DNA of 64,000 bases from an uncultured Ignavibacteriota bacterium (GTDB lineage: Bacteria; Bacteroidota; Ignavibacteria; UBA10030; BY39). Of this stretch, positions 20,343 through 29,856 are shown piece by piece. Every line of letters starts with the position of its first letter. Positions within the stretch are counted from its first letter, which is position 1. Both the position numbers and the translations under genes were made by a program. The notes under the pieces were generated by a model. The model was not told the origin of the DNA, ran no database searches, and saw only the letters and a list, made by a program, of their open reading frames with translations. The DNA lies in assembly GCA_947085405.1 (NCBI GenBank), contig CAMTWO010000013.1:84193-148192 (forward strand). The letters run 5' to 3'.

Positions 20343-20644
20343 CTTGTAGTGGATTTCTACGGTAGGTACCAATTTATATAAAAAAACTTTATTATTTATA
20401 TTTTGGAGTATTTAGTAATTGATAAAGCAGTTTTATATTGAGTTCATTCTTCAGAACGTTTTAAAACGTTTTACCTACGGGATCGTAGATACGTTTTTCC
20501 GTTCTTCAGTTCAAACAAATAAATTTGAGCCCCTCCTTTTTTTATTCAATTACAAGCTTCAAACAGAATCAAAAATGTTTATTAAGTCAATGATAATTTT
20601 AAAATAACAGAACATAATTTCAAAAATCTTATGGGAATAAAATA

Positions 20645-22246
20645 ATGCAAATATTATTGAAAGAAGTTATTTTGATAAGTATATCATTTCTTGCTCTTAC
20701 ATCATTAAGTTACACACAATGGCCCACCTCAACAGTTGCCGACAGCGGACTCTACATCTGTCCGGGTATTTCTTCACGTGTGCATGTATTTGATGAAGAC
20801 GGCTCAATGATTGTCTCCGGGACAGGCGCCAGTTTTATCTACTTGCAGAAAATTGACCAGTACGGCAATCCATTATGGCTGCAGCCGGTTCTAGCCCATT
20901 ATAATGATTCGACTGATAACTTCGGTGGTGCAGGACTTATTTCTGATGGAGATGGTGGAGTGATTATTGATTGGGGAGACCACCGTGGAGCTCAAGCAGG
21001 TCATTGGGGATATGACAATGAAGCAATTTACATACAGAGAGTAGATAAAAACGGCATAGTGAGATGGGCTCCGGGCGGTATATTGCATTCACCTGTTACA
21101 ACAGGAAAGAAGACAGGACATATGGTTAGTGATGGAGTTGGAGGAATGATTTACGGCTGGATAGAAGATGGTTTTGGTTATCCCGGTGCACCAAACCGAG
21201 CCAATGTTAAAATTGCCCGATACAATGGTGATGGAATAAAACATTGGGAGAAAATATTGGATTCAAACTTCCAATGGCGGTTTGATTTCCAGAGTTTTCA
21301 CCGTGCTGGTCGCTATTTGTATTTACAATACGCCAACACTAATAATGGCAATTTTCTATACTATACTCGTATAATTGATACGGAGGGAAATGTTGCACCC
21401 GATTCGATCTGGTTTGGTTATCGTTTGCATGTAACTTGGAAGGATAGTGTCTTTTTTAGTATTTCAAGTTCTCCTCCTGAAATGAAAAAAACAGACGATA
21501 ATGGTAACGAAGTATGGAGAACAAATACATCCTCGATAAGTTGTGGTGAGAGCGGTAGCTATCGTAATAGTTTTTTAGTAACCGATGTAAGAGGGGGCAT
21601 TAATATGCTCTTCCTATGTAATGACTCGATATATTATTTTGATAGTCAGGGTAATTATAGAAAACAGTTATTTATAGGTATAAAAGGTTTAGGAGGAACT
21701 GATAGCTATGCATTCGATGACGGTCATGGCGGGATTGTTATAGCTAACGGTGCAGGTAACGCACAAAGATATGATCCCCTTGGTAACCCTCTTTGGGGCT
21801 CATTGCCGATTGTTTATCAGAGCGATCCTAATAATTCCTACCTTGAATACTATTGGAGTGATAAGCGTGGAGGAATTATCTCAACTTACTGGTCAACTGC
21901 CGGCGGCATTCGTGCAGTCCATACGGGTAGATATGGCAGAGTAGGTGTTGTTCCGGTTTTGTATGATTACACTAAACTGCCAACAAGCATACATTTGTTC
22001 CAAAACTATCCCAATCCGTTTAATCCTGAAACTCAAATCAGCTATACACTTTCAGAGGCAGGGTATGTAAAACTAAAAGTTTACGATGTACTTGGTCGTG
22101 AATTGACTGTGCTTGTTGATGAGTTTAAGGAAGCCGGATATTATGAAGCAACATTCGATGTGGGAAATCTATCGAGCGGAGTATTTTTCTATAAGCTACA
22201 ATCTGGTTCGTTCACATCTGTAAAAAAGATGTTGCTGATAAGGTAA
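20645..22246 (+). CDS. Secreted repeat protein with a C-terminal T9SS sorting domain (Por_Secre_tail)
   Basis: 533 aa with a signal peptide and repeated DG(D/V/H)GG(V/M/I)I blade-like motifs. The C-terminal ~80 aa (FNPETQISYTLSEAGYVKLKVYDVLGRELTVLVDE...) match the T9SS type A CTD. Confidence 0.7.
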   Translation: MQILLKEVILISISFLALTSLSYTQWPTSTVADSGLYICPGISSRVHVFDEDGSMIVSGTGASFIYLQKIDQYGNPLWLQPVLAHYNDSTDNFGGAGLISDGDGGVIIDWGDHRGAQAGHWGYDNEAIYIQRVDKNGIVRWAPGGILHSPVTTGKKTGHMVSDGVGGMIYGWIEDGFGYPGAPNRANVKIARYNGDGIKHWEKILDSNFQWRFDFQSFHRAGRYLYLQYANTNNGNFLYYTRIIDTEGNVAPDSIWFGYRLHVTWKDSVFFSISSSPPEMKKTDDNGNEVWRTNTSSISCGESGSYRNSFLVTDVRGGINMLFLCNDSIYYFDSQGNYRKQLFIGIKGLGGTDSYAFDDGHGGIVIANGAGNAQRYDPLGNPLWGSLPIVYQSDPNNSYLEYYWSDKRGGIISTYWSTAGGIRAVHTGRYGRVGVVPVLYDYTKLPTSIHLFQNYPNPFNPETQISYTLSEAGYVKLKVYDVLGRELTVLVDEFKEAGYYEATFDVGNLSSGVFFYKLQSGSFTSVKKMLLIR

Positions 22247-22322
22247 AATTTATTGAATCATTGTATCAATGAATAAATGATTCAATGGAAAAATGATTCA
22301 ATCTTTTTCCCCGTTCACATCC

Positions 22323-22823
22323 TTATTTCTTCTTCAAATACTCTTCGTATGACGAATTGAGGTAATGGTCGTCGCCGATAAATTTTAGGATTTTTAAAAA
22401 ATCTTCGGGGCTATGATAACCCGGTAATACTGAAATAGGTTCGCCATCGGGCTTCATAAACACGGTAGCAGGGAAGCCGCTTATTCCGAATGCCTGTGTT
22501 AATTCGGCATGAGTAAATTTCTCACCATTGTATGTAATTTTTGTGGTTGCCTCACCGTTAAACTTAATCGGAATAAATTTTTCATTCAGATATTTTTGAA
22601 TATCAGGGTTGGCGTAAACATCGGCGTCCATTTTTTTGCACCACTTACACCAATCGGCATATACATCTATGAATATTTTCTTATTTTCTTTTTTGGCTTT
22701 TTCAATGCCAGCGCTAAATGTGTTCCATCCGAATTTGTTAGCTGTACTTCCGGGATAAAAAGCATATAATGCAAGTGCAAATAACATTAGAATAGGAATT
22801 ATATATTTTGTAAATTGAGACAT
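22323..22823 (-). CDS. Thioredoxin-fold protein with a CxxC motif (thiol:disulfide oxidoreductase family)
   Basis: 166 aa with a signal/TM N-terminus and the motif DVYADWCKWCKKMD. Confidence 0.7.
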   Translation of the reverse strand: MSQFTKYIIPILMLFALALYAFYPGSTANKFGWNTFSAGIEKAKKENKKIFIDVYADWCKWCKKMDADVYANPDIQKYLNEKFIPIKFNGEATTKITYNGEKFTHAELTQAFGISGFPATVFMKPDGEPISVLPGYHSPEDFLKILKFIGDDHYLNSSYEEYLKKK

Positions 22824-22841
22824 TATGATCCTTTGTATATT

Positions 22842-23735
22842 TTATAATTTTATTGAAACTGAAAAACTGTGGGTCGGTCCTAATTCGTACTTAAAAGGGG
22901 CAAATGCGTAATCGAAAGCCACGATACTATATCGTGCACCAACTCCCGCCGTGAAAAAACTTGCCTCATAACCTGTACGTATTCCGGTGCGGATTGAAAC
23001 CGTATTTTTATATGTCATCTCGACTCCTAAATGGAGGTGGCTTTTTTTCTCGTTTGTAATTACAACGAAATCGGCTGCGGGAATTATGGCGGCATCAAAG
23101 CTTTCGACATCAATTATGCGACTAACACCAATTCGGGAAATTACAGGCAGTGTAGATGATTCATTCCGGAGTTTGTTCATTGAACCTAAATTGCTGATTG
23201 AAACCCCCAAGTTGAATCCATACAAATTATTGTAAAGCAAACCCAAATCGAATGCATATCCCGATGCTTCGTCGATTAATATTTTTTCATATAAGTATTT
23301 GCCACTTATACCGAAGCTCAGATTGTTAAGAACATAAGCGGTTGTAAAACTTAATGCTGCGTTGCGCGAAGTGAAAGTTCCTTCTGGATCGCCGGGAGTA
23401 GTTCTTTGTTCAATGTCGGTTATGCTCGTTGAATTGACACCAAATGCGAACCGGAAGTTATCCAACAAAGTGGAAAATCCTAAAAACTCAGTTCGTGTAT
23501 CTTTTATCCATTCTCTATGAACAAAAACTATTTGTGTCTGATTTGTAAGCGACAAAAACGAGGGATTATAATAAACTGCTGCAGGATCGGCTTTCTCGAT
23601 TGGATATACATCTCCCATCGCAATTGCTCTTGGACTTATTCCGGTTTTCAAAAACGACAAACCGGTAGCTCCCGCTTGGGGAAAAGCAGTTTGAATTAAA
23701 AATATAATCATTAAAAAAATATATATCGGTTTCAT
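22842..23735 (-). CDS. Outer-membrane beta-barrel protein, PorV/PorQ (FadL-like) family candidate
   Basis: 297 aa with a signal peptide, an N-terminal G-x-A...MGD...YYNPS motif, and a C-terminal aromatic residue. It is paralogous to the next gene. Confidence 0.5.
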   Translation of the reverse strand: MKPIYIFLMIIFLIQTAFPQAGATGLSFLKTGISPRAIAMGDVYPIEKADPAAVYYNPSFLSLTNQTQIVFVHREWIKDTRTEFLGFSTLLDNFRFAFGVNSTSITDIEQRTTPGDPEGTFTSRNAALSFTTAYVLNNLSFGISGKYLYEKILIDEASGYAFDLGLLYNNLYGFNLGVSISNLGSMNKLRNESSTLPVISRIGVSRIIDVESFDAAIIPAADFVVITNEKKSHLHLGVEMTYKNTVSIRTGIRTGYEASFFTAGVGARYSIVAFDYAFAPFKYELGPTHSFSVSIKL

Positions 23736-23738
23736 AAA

Positions 23739-24695
23739 TTAAAATTTTATTGATAAAGTGATTATGTGCATGTTGTTGGTTGCGAATGGTTCTATAACGT
23801 AACTATAATCGAGAGCCGGAGTCCAGCCATCGAAATCGCCTTGAATAGAGTAACCGAAAGTCGGTTTCAGACCAGAGTAGTTATTACTCAAATTCCATCT
23901 ATCGACACCGGTTCGGATTATAAAAGATGGGTGCAGAATAATTTCAGTTCCAAAACGCAAGTGATTTGTTTTGACAGAAGAATTTTCGAATTCAGCGGCG
24001 ACTATCCCTAAACTGTTCGGGAGTTGGTAAGCTACCGAAATACGGCGAAGGATTGGGAATACATCGTCGGTCTGGCGCCCACGACCATAAATTGGATTTG
24101 TATCCCATTTGTATTTAGAGTTAATATCTTGAAGTGTGAAACCAACTGAAATATTTTTAGCAGCTTGTATTAACATACCAATATCAAAACCGACCGTTGT
24201 AGAACTGACTTCTTCGTACAATTTATGATAAAACATCTTTACCGAGACACCTATCGATACATTATCATGGATACGGTTTGCGAAAGATAGAAAGAACATA
24301 TTTTCGGAAGTGGAAATCGTTCCTGTTTTTACTCCATCCGAATTCCGTTCCTCAATATCACCTACACCTGCATTGATAATTCCAAATGAAATTCCTGCAG
24401 TCGGTTGGACTGCTTGTCCGTAGCTCAAAAAATTTAGATATCTATCGAACGACAAAAACGAGTAGGTCATACTTGCAGTTCTATGTTCGGCAAAAGGAAT
24501 CAGAGCGGGGTTATAATACGAGTTAATTTCGCCGGTTGTAACCGCAGATATCGCATTACCCATACTCATACCTCTTGCTCCAAAACCCATTCTGGCAAAC
24601 GAGCCGGCTTTACCCCCAATTTGGGCTTCAAGTGTTGACCAATTAAGCAAAAGAATGATACTAACCACTATTTTGATAAAATTTTTCATAATCAA
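23739..24695 (-). CDS. Outer-membrane beta-barrel protein, PorV/PorQ (FadL-like) family candidate
   Basis: 318 aa with a signal peptide, a GARGMSMGNAISA...YYNPALIPF motif, and a terminal F. Confidence 0.5.
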   Translation of the reverse strand: MIMKNFIKIVVSIILLLNWSTLEAQIGGKAGSFARMGFGARGMSMGNAISAVTTGEINSYYNPALIPFAEHRTASMTYSFLSFDRYLNFLSYGQAVQPTAGISFGIINAGVGDIEERNSDGVKTGTISTSENMFFLSFANRIHDNVSIGVSVKMFYHKLYEEVSSTTVGFDIGMLIQAAKNISVGFTLQDINSKYKWDTNPIYGRGRQTDDVFPILRRISVAYQLPNSLGIVAAEFENSSVKTNHLRFGTEIILHPSFIIRTGVDRWNLSNNYSGLKPTFGYSIQGDFDGWTPALDYSYVIEPFATNNMHIITLSIKF

Positions 24696-26228
24696 TTATT
24701 GTAAAACCATTATTTTTGCCCAAATCGGTTCGGTGTTATTTATTTGGACTCTGTAAAAATAGACACCATTAGCGACATAAACACCGTCATCATTTTTTCC
24801 ATCCCAAATTTCGTCATTTTCGGTTACACCCGATCTGTTTGCATTTTGGATCAAAGTGCGCACTCGATTCATACCGAAATCAAAAATTTCGATAGAGACA
24901 ACCGCATTACTTCCATAAGTGCTGTAATGAATTCGCGTGAATTCAGACCTTGCTGCAAAAGGATTCGGATAAGCGTATGATAGAAATTTTGTTCCGATGG
25001 GTTCATATTTTCTTAAAATTCTCCATTTGGCGCCAAAAATATTTTCTGCATTATCAGTTGTAATCGCCATACCATCGCCGGTACCTATCAAAACATTATC
25101 GCCGATAACTCCAACTGAAAATACGGAAGAAGAAGTAATAACTTGTCTGTTCTCCGGTTCTGTAATCAGATATGAGCGGTTTAAAGTTTTGCCGCCATCA
25201 TTCGTTCTATAAATTCCTTGCTCGGTGGCGATGTAAGCGATGGAATCTTTAAAAGCAAAATCATAAGCTTTTATTCCTTTTAAGATATTTATCCAACTAT
25301 TACCGCCATCATCGCTGTAACTAACACCGTTCGTTTCATTTGTACCTGCCGACCAATTGGTTGCCCAAATTCGTATTTTGTTTTGGTATCGCTGAGCTTT
25401 AATAGTAATAACCCAATTGCCAAGAATCGGGGAATCTTGATTCTGGGAAGTAAATCTTCGCCAACTGATTCCGCCGTCAGTCGATTTATTAATTCCGCCT
25501 GCGGTTCCACACCAAATTGTATCATTATCGATTGCCAAAACTGAGAAGGCAAGGAAGTTATTATTTTTACGTGGGTCGTAATAAAAATTTAGAGTATCAG
25601 ATGGCTTGATGCTGCTCAAGTGGTCGGGTGGTAGAACAACTCGATTCCAATTGATTCCATTATTAGTAGTATATCTGAGTCCGCTCGCCCAGCTTGCAAT
25701 CCAAACTTTGCCGGGAGCGAGGGAGATATCGTAAGTTACATTCTGCTCAGGCACAATAACCGGGAGAATTCGGATATTGTTAATTCCGTAATCAATCGTT
25801 GAATCGCTTCTCGAATCTAAAGTTTGATTTACGTAATTCCAACTCAAGCCGCTGTTGGTCGAAAATGTATAGCCGCCGCCTGTAGCGATATTTTCGTTAT
25901 CCTTTTTCTTGGTATATCCTGTTGAAGTCCAAATAGTATCCCGTTCAACATCGAGAGCGTAAATACCGGGGTGGGGAAATTCTAAAAATTTGTTGTATGC
26001 AAACCAACTGTTACCGAGGTTCGTAGATTTAGCTAATCCGCTGCTAGTTCCGATCCAAAAAATTGAATCCGATACAGCAATCTGCGATACGCTGTTACTA
26101 GGGGGTTGGGTTTGTTCGGTGGTATTTTTTTCCAGTTGAAAATATTTAGGATAAATTGTTTGGGAGTTGAGCGAATGAATTCCCCAAAAAAATATGAAAA
26201 TATAAAAAATGAGATTGATGTTTTTCAA
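24696..26228 (-). CDS. BNR/Asp-box repeat protein with a C-terminal T9SS sorting domain
   Basis: 510 aa with a signal peptide and multiple S/T-x-D-G-G-x-S/T-W Asp-box repeats (STDGGISW, SDDGGNSW, TNDGGKTL). The C-terminal region (YAYPNPFAARSEF...YFYRVQ...) is a T9SS CTD. Confidence 0.7.
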   Translation of the reverse strand: MKNINLIFYIFIFFWGIHSLNSQTIYPKYFQLEKNTTEQTQPPSNSVSQIAVSDSIFWIGTSSGLAKSTNLGNSWFAYNKFLEFPHPGIYALDVERDTIWTSTGYTKKKDNENIATGGGYTFSTNSGLSWNYVNQTLDSRSDSTIDYGINNIRILPVIVPEQNVTYDISLAPGKVWIASWASGLRYTTNNGINWNRVVLPPDHLSSIKPSDTLNFYYDPRKNNNFLAFSVLAIDNDTIWCGTAGGINKSTDGGISWRRFTSQNQDSPILGNWVITIKAQRYQNKIRIWATNWSAGTNETNGVSYSDDGGNSWINILKGIKAYDFAFKDSIAYIATEQGIYRTNDGGKTLNRSYLITEPENRQVITSSSVFSVGVIGDNVLIGTGDGMAITTDNAENIFGAKWRILRKYEPIGTKFLSYAYPNPFAARSEFTRIHYSTYGSNAVVSIEIFDFGMNRVRTLIQNANRSGVTENDEIWDGKNDDGVYVANGVYFYRVQINNTEPIWAKIMVLQ

Positions 26229-27064
26229 GGTTGAGTTACCGTTAATGTGTGAAGAATTTTGTTGCTTAAGAATTCGGTATAATCCTTGGCTTCAAACTCA
26301 AAGCGGTATGACTTAGGTGTCATGTTAAAAGGAAGCTTCACCAAAATTGAAAAGATTCCGTCGTTTGCAATGGAATCACCACTCGTGGAAATGTTACCGT
26401 TATCTAACAGGAAGAATTTTCGTGTAGGGTCTGACGCATCTAAACTTCGGAAATAAACTTCCTTGATATCATTATAGCCGTTAGTATCGTAGGCAGTAAC
26501 ACTCATTAGGATAACTTTTTCGCCCGATGTAGGTAGTGTGGTATTTTCAGGAGCTTTTAAATCGAAAATGACAGGGGGTTTTCCCATTCTGCTGACTCGA
26601 AAGGAAGTGGAAAATATGTTACTTAATAATTGGCTTTTATCCTCTGCTTGAAGTTCAACAATGAAATTACCGACTATGACGCGTGAAATTTTAAAAGAGA
26701 TTACGCCGGAAAAAATTCCATCACCGGTGAGAGAATCGGCTTCTTGTCCGTGATCGTATAGATACCCTTGACTAACCGGCATATTCGTACTCGGTTGGTA
26801 TATAATGAATTTCACGTTCTTTAAATCATTCAAACCATCCTTATCGTATATATGTGCTGATACCCGGTTGCGTATTGTTATGGTATCGGCTAACGAGAAT
26901 TGATCTCCCGGTTTGATCGTATCAGAATCTATATTATAGTATGCTAACTTTGCTTGTGAGATGAAAGGGACTGTTAAACTTATATCGAATGTCCCATATT
27001 TATCATTATCACATGCAGAAAGCAATGAAATAATTAACAATATTAGTAATAAATATCTTTGCAT
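26225..27064 (-). CDS. Hypothetical lipoprotein
   Basis: 279 aa with a lipobox (LLSAC). It is translationally coupled to the upstream T9SS cargo gene. Confidence 0.5.
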   Translation of the reverse strand: MQRYLLLILLIISLLSACDNDKYGTFDISLTVPFISQAKLAYYNIDSDTIKPGDQFSLADTITIRNRVSAHIYDKDGLNDLKNVKFIIYQPSTNMPVSQGYLYDHGQEADSLTGDGIFSGVISFKISRVIVGNFIVELQAEDKSQLLSNIFSTSFRVSRMGKPPVIFDLKAPENTTLPTSGEKVILMSVTAYDTNGYNDIKEVYFRSLDASDPTRKFFLLDNGNISTSGDSIANDGIFSILVKLPFNMTPKSYRFEFEAKDYTEFLSNKILHTLTVTQP

Positions 27065-27123
27065 AATTAATAGTAGGTAGAAAATGTTGAGATAAACTAC
27101 AAAATCACAGAGTAAAAGTCAAT

Positions 27124-28083
27124 TTATGAAGGTATCAACTCATAAAAAGGAATTGGTGTGAAGGCAATTACAAAAATAAGAATAGCCAACCAACCGATGA
27201 TTTTTCTTTTATGATCTAAAGGGGTGTCGTCATAAATTGGTGGATGGTCAAGTTTGATGAGGAAGAAAAGGATGATGGCAAAAACTAACCATCCGACAGT
27301 TCCCGCATGGAAGCCCATATCAGGAATAAAACTGGTTAAACCGATAATGATTATTGCAGCGAAAAAGATGCGTGAAAATATCCCCTGATGCTTTCCAATG
27401 AGAGCATATAAAATATGTCCGCCATCGAGTTGACCGACCGGGATTAAATTTAGTGCTGTAATAAAAAGACCAAACCAAGCTACACAAAGATATGGATAGT
27501 GGTAAATTTCGTTCATCGGTGGAAAGTTACCGGCATCATTTGATAGGGACTGAATCGTGTATGTCAGGATTGAGTGTCCGAACGAAAGTCCTTTGGTTGG
27601 AATCGTTCCGTTTACTGCGTATTCCGGATGTATTTGATATAGATATGTAATAGGTGGTAAATTTACTAATCCATAAATTAAGATAATGATTGTAACAATA
27701 AAACCGGCAATCGGTCCGGCACTTCCGATATCGAAGAGGGCTTTTTTTGTTGGGATCGGAGATTTAATTTTTATTACAGCCCCCATTGTGCCGAACGGGT
27801 TGAACAAGAAGGGTGGAAATGGAATAAAGTATGGAAGTGTTGTTTCGATCTTGTGATATTTTGCTGCAAAATAATGGCCAAATTCGTGTGCCGCGAGTAT
27901 CGTTAATAGCGGGATTGAGTAATGAAGTCCCAAATGAAAATTGCTTAAATCAAACGGGTCTATATTTAACCACATTACTCCGGCAAGTGTTGTTGTAAAA
28001 AAAGTGATTATGAATAAAAAGCTATGGAGTAAGTAGTTTTTGATTGAGTTATATCGAGTTGAAAATGCCAAAAGGTTTTCCAA
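27124..28083 (-). CDS. Site-2 protease family (M50) membrane metalloprotease
   Basis: 319 aa polytopic protein. It has HEFGH in a TM helix and a later LDGGH motif (NLIPVGQLDGGHILYAL). Confidence 0.7.
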   Translation of the reverse strand: MENLLAFSTRYNSIKNYLLHSFLFIITFFTTTLAGVMWLNIDPFDLSNFHLGLHYSIPLLTILAAHEFGHYFAAKYHKIETTLPYFIPFPPFLFNPFGTMGAVIKIKSPIPTKKALFDIGSAGPIAGFIVTIIILIYGLVNLPPITYLYQIHPEYAVNGTIPTKGLSFGHSILTYTIQSLSNDAGNFPPMNEIYHYPYLCVAWFGLFITALNLIPVGQLDGGHILYALIGKHQGIFSRIFFAAIIIIGLTSFIPDMGFHAGTVGWLVFAIILFFLIKLDHPPIYDDTPLDHKRKIIGWLAILIFVIAFTPIPFYELIPS

Positions 28084-28120
28084 ATATTTTGTTTCAAAAT
28101 AACAAATATTTGGATGAAAT

Positions 28121-28158
28121 AAAAAAGGTCTTTGCCCCGCAAGGGCGGGGCAAAGACC
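28121..28158 (-). terminator. Rho-independent terminator for the small minus-strand gene 28182-28436
   Basis: A 14-bp perfect stem (GGTCTTTGCCCCGC/GCGGGGCAAAGACC) with a T-run on the minus strand. Confidence 0.6.
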
Positions 28159-28181
28159 TGATAAAACAAGTTTGTTTACAG

Positions 28182-28436
28182 TTATGGTCGAGGAGTGTCT
28201 CTCGGTATCGGTGTTGAGAATGTGGCTTTGGGCTGAGGAGTGTCTCTCGGTATCGATAATGCGCTTGTGGCTTTGGGTTGAGGCGTGTCTCTCGGTATCG
28301 ATAATGCACTTGTGGCTTTATTTGAATCTCCCGCAGCTAAAGAAATCGCTCCATTTATAGTTAATACCATAGCTAATGTAAGAATTACAGAACTGATACG
28401 TTTAAAATTCCGGTTGTTTTTAAGGTTCGTTAACAT
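28182..28436 (-). CDS. Small secreted proline-rich repeat protein
   Basis: 84 aa with a strong SD (AAGGAG) 7 nt upstream and a signal peptide. A 15-aa unit (KATSALSIPRDTPQP) is repeated three times, and the gene is followed by a terminator. Confidence 0.5.
   Translation of the reverse strand: MLTNLKNNRNFKRISSVILTLAMVLTINGAISLAAGDSNKATSALSIPRDTPQPKATSALSIPRDTPQPKATFSTPIPRDTPRP
28190..28324. repeat. 3 x 45-bp tandem direct repeat (coding repeat of the small secreted protein)
   Basis: Three near-identical in-frame 45-nt units (GAGGAGTGTCTCTCGGTATCG...). Confidence 0.8.
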
Positions 28437-28623
28437 GTTTTATCTCCTTTTAGTGTATTTTTGTTATAAATATTAAATGCTACTCAAATTTTCTGTAGAA
28501 AATTTAATAATATATAGGGAATTTCGCAACTTTTTTAATGAAAAAAGGATTTTTAAAACAGGTTTAAATTTAGTGATTTGTATCACATTAAATGATTTTA
28601 TAAAAAAATAATTGCGAAAATAC

Positions 28624-28652
28624 TTGACACCTACTCAATTATTCATTATATT
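28624..28652 (+). promoter_or_regulatory. Sigma70-type promoter candidate (TTGACA-N17-TATATT)
   Basis: It has the same architecture and the same AAATAC upstream flank as the 20314 candidate. It lies inside the 5' end of the longest ORF, so the real start is probably the ATG at 28678. Confidence 0.4.
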
Positions 28653-28677
28653 GAACACAAGAAATAAAAAGAAAATT

Positions 28678-29823
28678 ATGAAACAGGTAAAAAAAGTTCT
28701 AACACTTTGGATAGCAACACTGTCTCTATTTGCTATCGGCTTTGTTCTCTTCGAAGCGAGTATTCTTGAGACTTCGGCTCTAATTTCTCTTTCAATACAA
28801 ATGTTATTATTTTATTTTTCTCTATTTATCGTTATTAATGAACCGACTAGAAAACATAAATTTATTTTCTTGAATTTTACAATATTTTTCGCCAATCCTT
28901 TTTTACAGGTTTTTAATATTTTTGGCTTTTCCAATCTGTTCTTTGACTCTGCATTTAGATCAGTTTACATATTCCAATATCTTCAAATATTTTTTACTAC
29001 AACATTAGCATTTGCAATTGTTTATTTAGTTTTCGATTTGTTATTCCACAATTTTAAAATTTATCAAAAGTATCTTGTTACCGCTGCTGTAGTTTTAGGG
29101 GTTGGGCTATTTTATTATCACCCGTTTTTAGAAAATCCCCAATCAGTAGAAAAGCCATATATCTACACAACAGAGAATATCCAAAAATTTAGAATAATCA
29201 GAGATACAAGAGAAGATTTTATAAACCAATATAATCGGGAACCAAATGCGAGCGAAATCGCAGCGCTTGTAACACTCCCTGCGATAAGTGATGGCGAAGT
29301 TGTCGGTCAGTTATATCCCGAAGCCAATCTCAAACAGATCGAAAAACTACTCCCATATACGAAAAATGATGGCTCGTTGGTTCTGTTATATCAGCCATTT
29401 TATTTCAAAATAATTTATATGGATGTTTTTGTTATTCTATTTATTTTATTATATTGCGGATACCAATATGCGAAAGATCCACCGCAAGGTGCTTATATTG
29501 ATAAAATGATGTATGTTTTTTTGGTAATATTCAGTTTAGATATTTTTCATCAGTGGGCTGTTATAAAAAGCGTAGAATTTGCAGGTTATATGGAATTATT
29601 TGGTATAGGTCAGTATTTTTCGGCAGGTTTTTTGGGTGTGCTTGTAATTTTCTTTTATGCCCGGTTGAAATTTATCAAATCGGTAGTCGGCGAGTTTTAT
29701 GAGGTTGAAATTCAAGAGAATCCTGAAAAAATCACAAGATGGATGGATGGTATCGATAAATATATATTGAAGAATTTTACAAGCTCAAAAGATTTGAAAG
29801 GCAGGTTGTTTGAGCAAAGATGA
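28678..29823 (+). CDS. Polytopic membrane protein of unknown function
   Basis: 381 aa from the second ATG (MKQVKKVLTLWIATLS...), with multiple TM helices at both ends and a central soluble region. The longer ORF from 28612 would overlap the promoter. Confidence 0.5.
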   Translation: MKQVKKVLTLWIATLSLFAIGFVLFEASILETSALISLSIQMLLFYFSLFIVINEPTRKHKFIFLNFTIFFANPFLQVFNIFGFSNLFFDSAFRSVYIFQYLQIFFTTTLAFAIVYLVFDLLFHNFKIYQKYLVTAAVVLGVGLFYYHPFLENPQSVEKPYIYTTENIQKFRIIRDTREDFINQYNREPNASEIAALVTLPAISDGEVVGQLYPEANLKQIEKLLPYTKNDGSLVLLYQPFYFKIIYMDVFVILFILLYCGYQYAKDPPQGAYIDKMMYVFLVIFSLDIFHQWAVIKSVEFAGYMELFGIGQYFSAGFLGVLVIFFYARLKFIKSVVGEFYEVEIQENPEKITRWMDGIDKYILKNFTSSKDLKGRLFEQR

Positions 29824-29856
29824 AAACAAAATTTTATATAAACAATTAAATAAAGA

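Noticed and set aside
20419-20607. A 62-aa ORF in the leader region upstream of the T9SS cargo gene.
   Set aside because: It has no SD, extreme AT-rich codon composition and no conserved motif. It more likely lies within a non-coding 5' leader downstream of the TTGACA-N17-TATATT promoter.
28172-28360. A 62-aa plus-strand ORF (MFTVMVEECLSVSV...) covering the 45-bp tandem repeats.
   Set aside because: The opposite strand has an AAGGAG SD, a signal peptide and a terminator. The plus-strand ORF is the mirror-frame translation of the same repeats and has no start context.
28612-28677. A 22-codon 5' extension of the membrane-protein ORF that uses the ATG at 28612.
   Set aside because: The extension overlaps the TTGACA-N17-TATATT promoter candidate and would encode a non-hydrophobic leader (MRKYLTPTQLFIILNTRNKKKI). 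The ATG at 28678 gives a typical signal-anchor N-terminus.
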